Source: Candidatus Peregrinibacteria bacterium GW2011_GWF2_43_17 (GTDB lineage Bacteria > Patescibacteriota > Gracilibacteria > UBA1369 > UBA12470). Taken from it: DNA of 64,000 nt. The position numbers and the translations under genes are program-made. The stretch covers positions 11,637 to 75,636 of the forward strand of contig LCFW01000001.1 of the NCBI GenBank assembly GCA_000999315.1, in the 5' to 3' direction. The notes beneath the pieces are model-generated. The model did not search any database, had not been told where the DNA came from, and was given only the letters and a program-made list of their open reading frames with translations. Shown here in pieces: positions 9,393 to 18,520 of the stretch; within the stretch, counting starts at the first letter, position 1, and each line of letters begins with the position of its first letter.

Positions 9393-10862
9393 CTACTGTA
9401 ATTTGTCCAGGCAGAGGTCTATTCTTTTCATAGTTCGTTCTTTGCCGAGGCTTTCTATTACTTCGAATGTTCCCGGGGAGTATTGCTCTCCTGTCAGTGC
9501 GACTCTTAGAGGCCAGAGGACTTGGCCGTTTTTTAAGCCCAGTCGTTTTATGGTCCCTGTTAGGGTTTCTTGAACTTGTTGCAAAGTGAACTCTGTTAAT
9601 GTCGCCAAATCTTTTTTGCTTTCTTCCAATGCTTTGGTTGCCGTTTCTTTATCAACCTTCATTTTTTCATTGAGGAGCAAGGCGAGGTCGAAGGGCGGTT
9701 CTTCTATCAAGAAGAATTTCAGCATGTCGGGAGCCTCTGCCAGTGTTTTCAGGCGTGTTTGGATGGTTTTTACGGCTTTAAGAAAATATATCGTTTTTTC
9801 GTCGGGGTCGTCGAAGTTTTTTTCTTCGATATCCGCGAAAGCGGTCTCTTCGAACCATTTGGTTTGCAATCTTGGCAGGATCAGTTTCGCAAGGTCTTCG
9901 GGAGTTTTTGATCTTAAATAGTGACCATTGAGCCAATCCAGTTTTTCCAGATTAAAGACCGCTCCCGCTTTTTGAACTCGTTCTATTGAGAATTTTTTAA
10001 TTAAATCTTCAAGAGAGAAAAACTCTTCCGTTGTTCCCGGGTTCCAGCCGAGAAGCGCGATGAAATTGATGATAGCTTCTTTCAAATATCCTTTTATCAT
10101 GTAATCTTCTGCGGCAACATCCCCTTGGCGTTTTGACAGTTTGGTTTTGTCCGGATTCAGGAGTAGCGGAAGGTGAGCGAATGTTGGCGGGTTCCAGCCG
10201 AAAGCGTTGTATAAGGCGATGTGTTTCGGCGTAGAAGGGAGCCACTCTTCGCCTCTGATTACGTGAGTTATGCCCATCAGATGATCGTCAACCACGTTTG
10301 CCAGATGGTAAGTCGGGAATCCGTCCGATTTTATAAGTACTTGATCGTCAACCGTTTTCGGATCAAACTCCATGTCGCCTCGGACCAGATCTTTGAACTT
10401 AATGGTGCCGCCACTTGGCATTTTTTGCCTGATTACGAAAGGTTCTTCCGCCGAGATTTTCTTCTCGATTTCTTCGGGTGTCAGTTTGAGGCATGCTCTG
10501 TCGTACATGGGGGCTCTTTTTTTCGCGATTTGGTCTTCGCGCATTTTCGTCAGTCGTTCTTCCGTGCAGAAGCATTTGTAGGCGTGCCCTTTTTCAAGGA
10601 GCGCTTCGGCGTGTTTTTTGTATATTTCGGTTCGTTTTGATTGAAAATACGGGCCTTCGTCGTATTCGATCCCAAACCATTTTAAAGTTCTTAACAAATT
10701 TTCAACCGCGCCTTCGACATATCTTTTTTGATCGGTGTCTTCAATACGCAAGACAAATTCGCCTTTGTTTTGGCGTGCGAACAGGTATGAATACAAGGCG
10801 GTTCTTAATCCTCCCACATGAAGTAATCCGGTTGGGGATGGGGCAAAGCGAGTTTTTATCAT
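9393..10862 (-). CDS. gltX: Glutamate--tRNA ligase
   Basis: RFAPSPTGLLHVGG (HIGH), LRIEDTD, PTYHLANVVDDH, KLSKR. Confidence 0.98.
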   Translation of the reverse strand: MIKTRFAPSPTGLLHVGGLRTALYSYLFARQNKGEFVLRIEDTDQKRYVEGAVENLLRTLKWFGIEYDEGPYFQSKRTEIYKKHAEALLEKGHAYKCFCTEERLTKMREDQIAKKRAPMYDRACLKLTPEEIEKKISAEEPFVIRQKMPSGGTIKFKDLVRGDMEFDPKTVDDQVLIKSDGFPTYHLANVVDDHLMGITHVIRGEEWLPSTPKHIALYNAFGWNPPTFAHLPLLLNPDKTKLSKRQGDVAAEDYMIKGYLKEAIINFIALLGWNPGTTEEFFSLEDLIKKFSIERVQKAGAVFNLEKLDWLNGHYLRSKTPEDLAKLILPRLQTKWFEETAFADIEEKNFDDPDEKTIYFLKAVKTIQTRLKTLAEAPDMLKFFLIEEPPFDLALLLNEKMKVDKETATKALEESKKDLATLTEFTLQQVQETLTGTIKRLGLKNGQVLWPLRVALTGEQYSPGTFEVIESLGKERTMKRIDLCLDKLQ

Positions 10863-10952
10863 ACAACTTAGAGTTTAGAGAAAAGTTCAAAGTTCAGATT
10901 ATCAGTGCGGGATTGCGTTTTCAAGTTTCAGAGTGGTAAAATCCTTTCCGAT

Positions 10953-13127
10953 ATGGCAAGGAGAAGAAAACTTAAAACCAGTTATAGGAGAAAACTTCGA
11001 GGGCAGAATTTGAGCCTCGACGTTGAAGCTCATGTTATGAAAGATATCTGGGCGGTTTTTTATCTTACAATAGGGATTTTGACGATTTTGAGCATAAGGG
11101 GAAATTTGGGTTTTGTCGGGCAGTTGTGGATTGCGTTTTTGGATCCGGTTTTCGGGTGGGGGATTTTTGCCGTTCCCGTGCTGTTGATTATGATGTCGGT
11201 TTTTGAATTTTTTTCAAAAAAAATCAGTTTCGGGATTGCGAGATGGCTCGGAATGATGCTTATGATGGTTTCGGTTTTGGGGACGATACATTTATCCGTT
11301 CCGTCGGAAGATGTTTACGAAGTTGCCAAGGCGGGTGAATATGGAGGTTATATCGGTTTTGTCGGTAGTTTTATTTCAATGTCGGTGTTTGGAATCGCAG
11401 GTAGTTATGTGGTTTTCATGGCGATGATGATAGTGTCGGTTTTATTGATTTTTGATGTCTCTTTAATGGAAATTGTCGGACTTTTTAAGAAGGAAGAAAA
11501 GAAAGTGAAGAAAGAGGAAGTTGAAGAGGAGGATGAAGATTATTTTGATGATTTTGATGTGAATAAAATAAACATAGTTAAGCCGGAACAGATTGCGGTT
11601 GAGGAAAAAGAGTCGGTGAGGGAAGAAACAGTTTCTTTGAGAGAGGTGAAGGCGGAGGATTTGAAGGAAGATGTGAAGCTTGAGGCGAAAGAGGAAGAGG
11701 AGTTTGAATATGCGTTTCCCGATTTGGGCTGGTTGGATGCGACTATTGATAATATCGCGTTGGATCAAGCAGTTTTGAAAGATAATGCGGAAAAAATCAA
11801 GAATAAACTCGAGCAGTTTGGTATCAGAGTTGCGATGCACGACGTGCATGTCGGGCCGACGGTTGTTCAGTACTCTTTGAAACCGAGCGACGGAGTGAAA
11901 TTGTCGAAAATTACAGCTTTGAAAAACGATATGGCGATGGCGCTTGCCGCTCCTTCGGTTCGTATCGAAGCGCCGATTCCGGGGAAAGCTCTTGTCGGTA
12001 TAGAAGTCCCGAATATAGAGAGGGCTACCGTTAGATTGCGCGAGGTTATGGATACGCCCGAATATAAGGCTGTTCTTGGGAAGTTGAAATTGCCTTTGGG
12101 CAGAAGCGTAAGCGGTAAACCGATCATTGCGGATTTGGCCAAAATGCCGCATTTGCTTGTTGCCGGTGCGACTGGATCGGGTAAGTCGGTTTGCATGAAT
12201 ACTTTTCTGATGTCTTTTTTGTATAACAATTCTCCGAGAGATTTGAGGCTTATAATGGTGGATCCGAAAAGGGTTGAGTTGACCAATTATAATGGTATCC
12301 CGCATCTTTTAACTCCTGTTATAGTCGAACCGGATAAGGCGGCCACCGCTCTTCGTTGGGCTGTTGCGGAAATGACGCGAAGGTATAAGGTTTGCGCCGA
12401 AGCGAGACATAGAAGTATAGATGATTACAATGCCGATCCGAAGGTTCACGAGAAGATGCCGAAAATCGTGATAGTCATAGACGAGTTGGCGGATATGATG
12501 ATGGCGGCGAAACAAGAGGTTGAGGCTTCGATTTGTAGAATTGCGCAAATGGCTCGCGCCGTCGGTATACATCTTTTGATAGCCACTCAAAGGCCTTCCG
12601 TTGATGTAATTACCGGTTTGATTAAGGCGAATATTCCGGCGAGAATCGCGTTTACCGTCGCTTCTTCGATAGATTCCAGAACCATACTTGATGGGATCGG
12701 AGCGGAAGATCTTCTTGGTCACGGAGACATGTTGTATTTGTCGGGTACGACAGGGAAGCCGCAAAGAGTGCAAGGTGTTTATGTCGGTTCGAAAGAGATT
12801 GAGAGAGTCACGAATAAAATTAAAATCGGCTATGATCCGTCTTATGACGATACGATCACTTCGGCTCAAACTGCCGGTCAGAGTATGGTTGGAATACCTG
12901 ATAGCAGGTTGCTTGCCGAGTCCGGCGGTGCCGATGATCCGATGTATATAGAGGCTCTTGATTGTATAAAGAGATCGCGAAAAGCTTCTGCTTCGGCGTT
13001 GCAAAGGTATTTGAGGGTTGGTTACGCGAGGGCGTCTCGCTTGATAGATTTATTGGAAGAAAATGGTGCGATCGGACCGGCGAACGGGGCGAAGCCGAGG
13101 GATATATTTTTGGATAAGATTGAGTAG
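10953..13127 (+). CDS. ftsK: DNA translocase FtsK/SpoIIIE
   Basis: N-terminal multi-TM region, PHLLVAGATGSGKS, VIDELAD, ATQRPSVDVITG, gamma-domain LRVGYARASRLID; ATG start chosen at 10953. Confidence 0.97.
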   Translation: MARRRKLKTSYRRKLRGQNLSLDVEAHVMKDIWAVFYLTIGILTILSIRGNLGFVGQLWIAFLDPVFGWGIFAVPVLLIMMSVFEFFSKKISFGIARWLGMMLMMVSVLGTIHLSVPSEDVYEVAKAGEYGGYIGFVGSFISMSVFGIAGSYVVFMAMMIVSVLLIFDVSLMEIVGLFKKEEKKVKKEEVEEEDEDYFDDFDVNKINIVKPEQIAVEEKESVREETVSLREVKAEDLKEDVKLEAKEEEEFEYAFPDLGWLDATIDNIALDQAVLKDNAEKIKNKLEQFGIRVAMHDVHVGPTVVQYSLKPSDGVKLSKITALKNDMAMALAAPSVRIEAPIPGKALVGIEVPNIERATVRLREVMDTPEYKAVLGKLKLPLGRSVSGKPIIADLAKMPHLLVAGATGSGKSVCMNTFLMSFLYNNSPRDLRLIMVDPKRVELTNYNGIPHLLTPVIVEPDKAATALRWAVAEMTRRYKVCAEARHRSIDDYNADPKVHEKMPKIVIVIDELADMMMAAKQEVEASICRIAQMARAVGIHLLIATQRPSVDVITGLIKANIPARIAFTVASSIDSRTILDGIGAEDLLGHGDMLYLSGTTGKPQRVQGVYVGSKEIERVTNKIKIGYDPSYDDTITSAQTAGQSMVGIPDSRLLAESGGADDPMYIEALDCIKRSRKASASALQRYLRVGYARASRLIDLLEENGAIGPANGAKPRDIFLDKIE

Positions 13128-13161
13128 GAACGGGTGAAATTCCCCTAGTACGAAATTCTCG

Positions 13162-15777
13162 CTATTTCCCGCAACACTTCTTATATTTCTTTTCGCTTCC
13201 GCATGGGCACGGGTCATTTCTTCCCGCTTTTGGTTGTGATGTGTCGTAGGTGTTTCGGCTCACCGATTTTCCTCCCATAACACTTTCGATTTGGTCTTCG
13301 TTGGTTTTCATCGCTTTGGGTTCGTCGGCTTTCACGACTTGTTGCTCTTGCGGGCGGACTCTGATCTTGAAGAGGGTGTTGACGGTGGTTTTCTGGATGT
13401 TTTTTTGAAGTTCGCCGAAAAATTTATAGCCTTCGGATTTGTATTCGACAAGAGGATCTCGTTGGCCGTAGCTTCGGAGAGCGACGTTGTCACGCAAATG
13501 CGCCATTTCGTCTATGTGTTGCATCCAGAGGGTGTCTATGACGCGGAAATAGATCGATTTTTCGGCTTGGCGGAGGATTTTCGAGCCGTCTTTTTCATTC
13601 CAATCGGGGACCTCTTTTTCGCGTTCTTTGTATTCGGAAATCAGGTAGTTTTTAAGAATATCGATTAACATTTCTTCGTCTTCGATATTTTCTATTTGCG
13701 AAAGTAATAGCGGTTTGTGTTGGTCCTTGTGAATTGCATTGATGGTTTCGATCATTTCTTTGTAATCGAATTTGATACCTTTTTTGCGAACTTCTGCGCT
13801 TTGTGCCTGGGTCATGACGATGTTTTCCACCTCTTTTTCAAATAAAATCAAAAGTTCGTTGTAGGTATCTTCGGATTCGAGGAGTTTTCTGCGCTTTCGA
13901 TACATTATCTCTCTGTGTTTGTTCATGATGTCGTCGTATTCGACCAAGTGTTTTCTGATGTCGAAATGTTTGCCTTCGACGGCTTTTTGAGCGCCTTCTA
14001 TCGATTTTGAAATTCTGCCGTTTTGGATAACCATATCGTCCGGGACTCGTAAGAATTCCATCATTTTCTTGATGCCTTCGGCTCCGAATAAGCGCATTAA
14101 ATCGTCTTCCATTGAAACGTAAAATTGCGTCTTGCCCGGGTCTCCTTGACGGCCTGCGCGGCCTCTTAACTGATTATCGATTCGACGTGATTCGTGCCTT
14201 TCCGTGCCCATGATATAAAGTCCGCCGAGTTCAACGACTCCTTCGCCGAGCTTGATGTCGGTTCCGCGACCCGCCATGTTGGTTGCGATCGTGACGGCTC
14301 CTTTTTGGCCCGCTTTTGACACTATTTCGGCTTCTTGTTCGTGGTATTTGGCGTTGAGAACTTTGTGTGGAACTGCATGGAGCTTTAGCAGTCTTGAAAG
14401 CATTTCAGATTTTTCAATCGAAACCGTACCTATCAAAACAGGCTGATTTTTCTGATAAAGCTCTTTTGTTTTTTCGACGATCGCTTGATATTTGCCTTTG
14501 AGATTTTTGTAAATCGCGTCGGATTCATCTATTCTGACAATGGGTTTGTTTGTGGGGATTGAAATTGTGTCCAAGTTGTAAATTGCCGCGAACTCTTCTG
14601 CTTCCGTCATCGCCGTGCCTGTCATGCCGGCGAGTTTTTTATACATTCTGAAATAATTCTGGAAAGTTATTGTCGCGAGCGTCTTACTCTCACGTTTAAC
14701 CTCGACTTCTTCTTTCGCTTCGATGGCTTGGTGGAGGCCGGAAGAGTATCTGCGTCCCGGCATCAATCTGCCCGTGAACGCGTCAACGATTATCACTTCG
14801 CCATCTTTCACCATGTAGTCTATATCTTTTTTGTAGACCGTGTGGGCTTTGAGTGCTTGTTCGATGTGATTTACCTCTTGAAATCCTCCTTCGGTATAAA
14901 TATTTTCCATTCCGAGAAGTCCTTCCATTTTTTTGATGCCGTCTTCGGTGAGGATGGCGGTTTTGATTTTTTCATCTATGTTGTAATCAGTGTTTTCTTT
15001 GAGTTGCGGGATTAAGCTGGCGTATTTTTTGTATTTACTTGTAGACTCTTCTGCCGGAGCTGAGATTATGAGCGGAGTTCTTGCTTCATCTATAAGAATT
15101 GAGTCGACTTCGTCCACGATCGCGTAGTGAAGTTCCCTTTGAACACATCTGTCCAAGGTTCTTGCCATATTGTCTCGAAGGTAGTCGAAGCCGAATTCGT
15201 TATTGGTGCCGTAGGTGACATCGCAAGCGTAAGCTTTTTTCTTGTCTTCGTGGGGTTGTTCGTGTTCGATGACTCCGACTGTTAATCCCAGGAATCTGTA
15301 AAGTTCGCCCATCCATTCGGCATCTCTGTTTGCCAAGTAACTGTTTACAGTGACGACGTGGACACCTTTGCCGGTTAGGGCGTTAAGATAGATTGGCATT
15401 GTGCATACGAGAGTTTTACCTTCACCGGTTTTCATCTCGGCGATTTTGCCTTGATGAAGGATGATGCCTCCTGTTATTTGCACGTCAAAGGGGACCATGT
15501 CCCATGTGACTTCGTGGCTTCTGACTTGATATTTTCTGCCGATCATTTTACGGCATGCGAATTTTACGAGGGCAAAAGCTTCCGGCAGAAGTTCATCCGG
15601 CGGTTCGCCGTTTTGAATGCGTTTTTTGAATTCATCCGTTTTGTTCGGGATATCTTCCGCTTTAAGCTCTTTTTGATATTTCTCCTCGAGTTGGTTTATG
15701 TGCTCAAGGAGTGGTTTTAACTTCCCGATTTGTTTTAAGTTGTAGTCCCCGAAAAATTTTTGAATGAGGGAGATCAT
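13162..15777 (-). CDS. secA: Preprotein translocase subunit SecA
   Basis: EMKTGEGKT, DEVDSILIDEARTPLIIS, TNMAGRGTDI, GRAGRQGDPG, C-terminal SEC-C motif GRNDPCPCGSEKKYKKCCG. Confidence 0.98.
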   Translation of the reverse strand: MISLIQKFFGDYNLKQIGKLKPLLEHINQLEEKYQKELKAEDIPNKTDEFKKRIQNGEPPDELLPEAFALVKFACRKMIGRKYQVRSHEVTWDMVPFDVQITGGIILHQGKIAEMKTGEGKTLVCTMPIYLNALTGKGVHVVTVNSYLANRDAEWMGELYRFLGLTVGVIEHEQPHEDKKKAYACDVTYGTNNEFGFDYLRDNMARTLDRCVQRELHYAIVDEVDSILIDEARTPLIISAPAEESTSKYKKYASLIPQLKENTDYNIDEKIKTAILTEDGIKKMEGLLGMENIYTEGGFQEVNHIEQALKAHTVYKKDIDYMVKDGEVIIVDAFTGRLMPGRRYSSGLHQAIEAKEEVEVKRESKTLATITFQNYFRMYKKLAGMTGTAMTEAEEFAAIYNLDTISIPTNKPIVRIDESDAIYKNLKGKYQAIVEKTKELYQKNQPVLIGTVSIEKSEMLSRLLKLHAVPHKVLNAKYHEQEAEIVSKAGQKGAVTIATNMAGRGTDIKLGEGVVELGGLYIMGTERHESRRIDNQLRGRAGRQGDPGKTQFYVSMEDDLMRLFGAEGIKKMMEFLRVPDDMVIQNGRISKSIEGAQKAVEGKHFDIRKHLVEYDDIMNKHREIMYRKRRKLLESEDTYNELLILFEKEVENIVMTQAQSAEVRKKGIKFDYKEMIETINAIHKDQHKPLLLSQIENIEDEEMLIDILKNYLISEYKEREKEVPDWNEKDGSKILRQAEKSIYFRVIDTLWMQHIDEMAHLRDNVALRSYGQRDPLVEYKSEGYKFFGELQKNIQKTTVNTLFKIRVRPQEQQVVKADEPKAMKTNEDQIESVMGGKSVSRNTYDTSQPKAGRNDPCPCGSEKKYKKCCGK

Positions 15778-15818
15778 ATGGGGTAGTCCGATAGATGAAT
15801 AGGCTGGGCGCATAATTG

Positions 15819-15849
15819 CCGTCCTCAAATTTCATTTTCGGACGGTTTG
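15819..15849. repeat. REP-like 31 bp hairpin, copy 1 (ccgtcc...ggacgg)
   Basis: 27/31 identical to 16683-16713 inside the downstream MITE. Confidence 0.7.
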
Positions 15850-15916
15850 CTGATTGCCGAAGCAATATATCATTTCGTATGTGTGGTAGGAAGGTGAAAA
15901 AGTCCCCGATTTTCCG

Positions 15917-15944
15917 GGCATTTTCTCCCCGGGGAGAAAATGCC
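15917..15944. repeat. Perfect 28 bp palindrome ggcattttctcccc|ggggagaaaatgcc
   Basis: Exact inverted repeat with no loop between the divergent secA and 16010 genes. Confidence 0.9.
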
Positions 15945-15956
15945 AACGGGAAAGGC

Positions 15957-15986
15957 TTGACAAAAGTCCCAAAGTTGGTTTAAGAT
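15957..15986 (+). promoter_or_regulatory. Sigma70-type promoter for the 16010 gene
   Basis: TTGACA-18 bp-TAAGAT about 24 nt upstream of the ATG. Confidence 0.6.
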
Positions 15987-16009
15987 GGCGCCCTTTAATT
16001 AATTTAATT

Positions 16010-16489
16010 ATGATGATGACAAGCAGGCATATTGCTGGTAGCGGAAGAGACATATTACCTCCCATCGTACCGAAAGTCGCAGTTGCCGTGTTGGCTATTG
16101 GAGGGACAGTGATCGGAGCTATTGATTGTAATCGCGCTCATCGAAAGGAAGTACTGCAGAGAACCGGGCAAAATGAGGCTGTGGCGACGTATGGCGATGC
16201 GTGGACGCAAATTCAACCTATATGGGAGAAAGTCCAAGTGGGTTGTAATACCGGTATAGGTGATGTTTGTGCCGAGGTTTGGGGTTTTAAAAAAGCTATT
16301 ATGGAGGCCGGTTTCGGTGAACCCAGGGTTTGTTGCAATAAGGTGCATGATAATGAACCGCATCCTTATTACGAAGCTACGATAGATATTTCTCCGGCTA
16401 CCGATAGATGCAAGACTCTTCCGGATAGAGCTCGTTGCGACTGGTCCGTGTATCATGCCGGTCCGGATGGTTTTCAGTCCATATACTAG
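16010..16489 (+). CDS. Small Cys-rich exported or membrane-anchored hypothetical protein
   Basis: N-terminal hydrophobic helix VAVAVLAIGGTVIGAI and 7 Cys; own promoter. Confidence 0.7.
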   Translation: MMMTSRHIAGSGRDILPPIVPKVAVAVLAIGGTVIGAIDCNRAHRKEVLQRTGQNEAVATYGDAWTQIQPIWEKVQVGCNTGIGDVCAEVWGFKKAIMEAGFGEPRVCCNKVHDNEPHPYYEATIDISPATDRCKTLPDRARCDWSVYHAGPDGFQSIY

Positions 16490-16784
16490 GGCCTGTGCAC
16501 ACTATAGCCAAGCAACTCCAAAGTTGCATAGACTCATACCAATTCTAACGGAAGTAATGAGATTTTCCTGTGTCAATCTATATATGCGGATTCATGGTTG
16601 CTTGGCTGTATTGGTTTCGATTGGAATATCGCAGATATTATAGCAGTTCAAGGAACGACGACGAAGTGATACTGGAAACAGACCGTCTTCCAATTTCATT
16701 GTCGGACGGTCTGAGCGCTCCTCGCGCCTCAAATCTGAATAATTTTCTCTTTAACCAATTCGGAACCAATAGTGTGCACAGGCC
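16490..16784. mobile_element. 295 bp MITE with 16 bp perfect TIRs and CTAG target-site duplication (IS5-like)
   Basis: GGCCTGTGCACACTAT (16490-16505) and ATAGTGTGCACAGGCC (16769-16784), flanked by CTAG at 16486-89 and 16785-88; no transposase ORF. Confidence 0.9.
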
Positions 16785-18245
16785 CTAGCTCGCTTTCCTT
16801 CTTTTCCCTATCGCCAATATGGTTTTTGCGATTATCTTGATGTCTTGAAGCGGAGACCAATTTTCGATGTAATAAGAGTCCAGGCGGACCTCTTCTTGGA
16901 AGGTTAAGTCGGATCGACCGGAGATTTGGGCGAGACCGGTTATGCCGGGCTTGATGGTGAGGAGGAATTTTTCGTGTTCTTTGTATTTTGCCACCTCTTC
17001 GGGGAGGTGGGGGCGCGGACCGACAATGCTCATCTCGCCTTTCAGGACGTTCCAGAATTGAGGGAGTTCGTCGAGGTCTGTTTTTCGGAGGAATCGGCCA
17101 GCGCGCGTGATTCGTGGATCGTTTTTGATTTTTACCAACGGGCCGTCTTGGCGGATGTTGTTGTCGGCCAGCTTTGTGTATCTCAGGTTGTGGGTGCCCG
17201 GGTGCATGGTTCTGAATTTGTAAAAGTTGAAAAGTTTGCCATATTGACCGACCCTTTTTACTTGACTTCCATCATCGAGATATTTGAATAAAATCGTGCC
17301 TTTGGAGTCGAGTTTTATGATTACGGAGATGATTGCGAAAGCCGGGCTTAAAACGATCAATCCGACGGATGCTCCTACCATGTCGAAAATTCTTTTCCAT
17401 ACTTTGCCCCATCCTTCGAGCGGGGTGGGTTTCATGGTTATCAGCGGGATGCCCGAGATTGAGTTTATATCTATATTTTTGGCGTGGATTTGAACCAGAT
17501 CGGGGATGAAATGGTATTGGATTTGGTTTGATCTGCAGAAGTCTAAAATTTCGGGGGCCTCTTTTGCCCCCAATCTGTATTGGGTTTGCACGATCTCTTC
17601 GACTTTGTGTTTTTTGACGATCTTTTTCAAGTCTTCGAGAGTGTTGATTGCTCCTATGATTTCACAGCTTTTTATGTCGGGATCTTTTTCTCTTTTCAGG
17701 CAACCGATGATTTTGTAGTGGGGGTCTTTTTCAAACTCTTCCAAAATTTTCTCTGTCATTTTATTTGCGCTCAAAAACAGAACTCTTCTTTGACCGATTC
17801 CGATTCTGGCGAGAAGGTTTTGTATCAATCTTATCGTGGTTCTGCCACAACAGATCGTTATTGTTGATAAAATCCACCCATATCCGAGTACCAAGCGTGA
17901 GAAGAAAAATTCCCTGGAGAGAAAAAAGTAAGCGATGATTATCATCAGCCATGCCGATGTCAGAAATATCACTTTCAGGATTTCCTTCGAAAATCTTGTC
18001 GTGATTTTCAAGGAGTAGAGATTATTTAGCGCGAATATTGCGATCAAAAGTAGTGCCGTTTTCGCTATGAAAATCAGATATTCGTTCAGGAGCGGAAAGT
18101 TCATAATATCCACCGGCAGGGTCATTCCCGGAATCAGCGTTGAATAAGTTCTTAGCTTGAAAGCTATCATGAACGCGAAAATGACCATGAAAAAGTCCAT
18201 GGGGATTTTCAGGAGACCAAAGATGATTTCGGAAGGTTTGCGCAT
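16785..18245 (-). CDS. Polyprenyl-phosphate glycosylphosphotransferase (WcaJ/WbaP-like sugar transferase)
   Basis: N-terminal TMs, KRIFD, FYKFRTM, DPRITRAGRFLRKTDLDELPQFWNVLKGEMSIVGPRP; ATG start chosen at 18245. Confidence 0.95.
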   Translation of the reverse strand: MRKPSEIIFGLLKIPMDFFMVIFAFMIAFKLRTYSTLIPGMTLPVDIMNFPLLNEYLIFIAKTALLLIAIFALNNLYSLKITTRFSKEILKVIFLTSAWLMIIIAYFFLSREFFFSRLVLGYGWILSTITICCGRTTIRLIQNLLARIGIGQRRVLFLSANKMTEKILEEFEKDPHYKIIGCLKREKDPDIKSCEIIGAINTLEDLKKIVKKHKVEEIVQTQYRLGAKEAPEILDFCRSNQIQYHFIPDLVQIHAKNIDINSISGIPLITMKPTPLEGWGKVWKRIFDMVGASVGLIVLSPAFAIISVIIKLDSKGTILFKYLDDGSQVKRVGQYGKLFNFYKFRTMHPGTHNLRYTKLADNNIRQDGPLVKIKNDPRITRAGRFLRKTDLDELPQFWNVLKGEMSIVGPRPHLPEEVAKYKEHEKFLLTIKPGITGLAQISGRSDLTFQEEVRLDSYYIENWSPLQDIKIIAKTILAIGKRRKAS

Positions 18246-18255
18246 GGGGAGAAAG

Positions 18256-18283
18256 TACACGGTATATAGTACACAGTACACAG
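18256..18283. repeat. Heptamer tandem repeat upstream of the sugar transferase start
   Basis: tacacgg tatatag tacacag tacacag. Confidence 0.6.
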
Positions 18284-18464
18284 CAGGATAGTCTACTTGA
18301 AGTCATGGGTAGTAAGTCGCATAGAGGACTCTTTTCGAAATATATGTTTAGAATACATTAACGCCTCCTTGTAAAGTCTTTGTTTTATTGTGTGATTTCC
18401 GGAATTTCACGGTTTTTAACCTGAATTGCTTGTTTTCGACTGTGTTTGTCTCGATTATTAACGC

Positions 18465-18493
18465 TTAACACGAATCTTGTTTTCAGGTATAAT
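18465..18493 (+). promoter_or_regulatory. Sigma70-type promoter of the 18521-24354 surface-protein operon
   Basis: TTAACA-17 bp-TATAAT, 28 nt before the ATG. Confidence 0.65.
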
Positions 18494-18520
18494 ATTTCGA
18501 TTTAAAAAAGATTTTCATAT

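Noticed and set aside
11463-13004. Long antisense ORFs opposite ftsK, and similar shadow ORFs opposite metG, pilC, ftsH and others
   Set aside because: They overlap well-supported genes, have no motifs, and are expected from codon bias
16455-16788. Short ORFs of 62 and 72 aa inside the 295 bp element
   Set aside because: No transposase or other motif; they lie in a TIR-bounded structured repeat
18300-18460. Possible riboswitch or ncRNA in the sugar transferase / surface operon intergenic region
   Set aside because: No recognisable conserved aptamer motif or convincing stems
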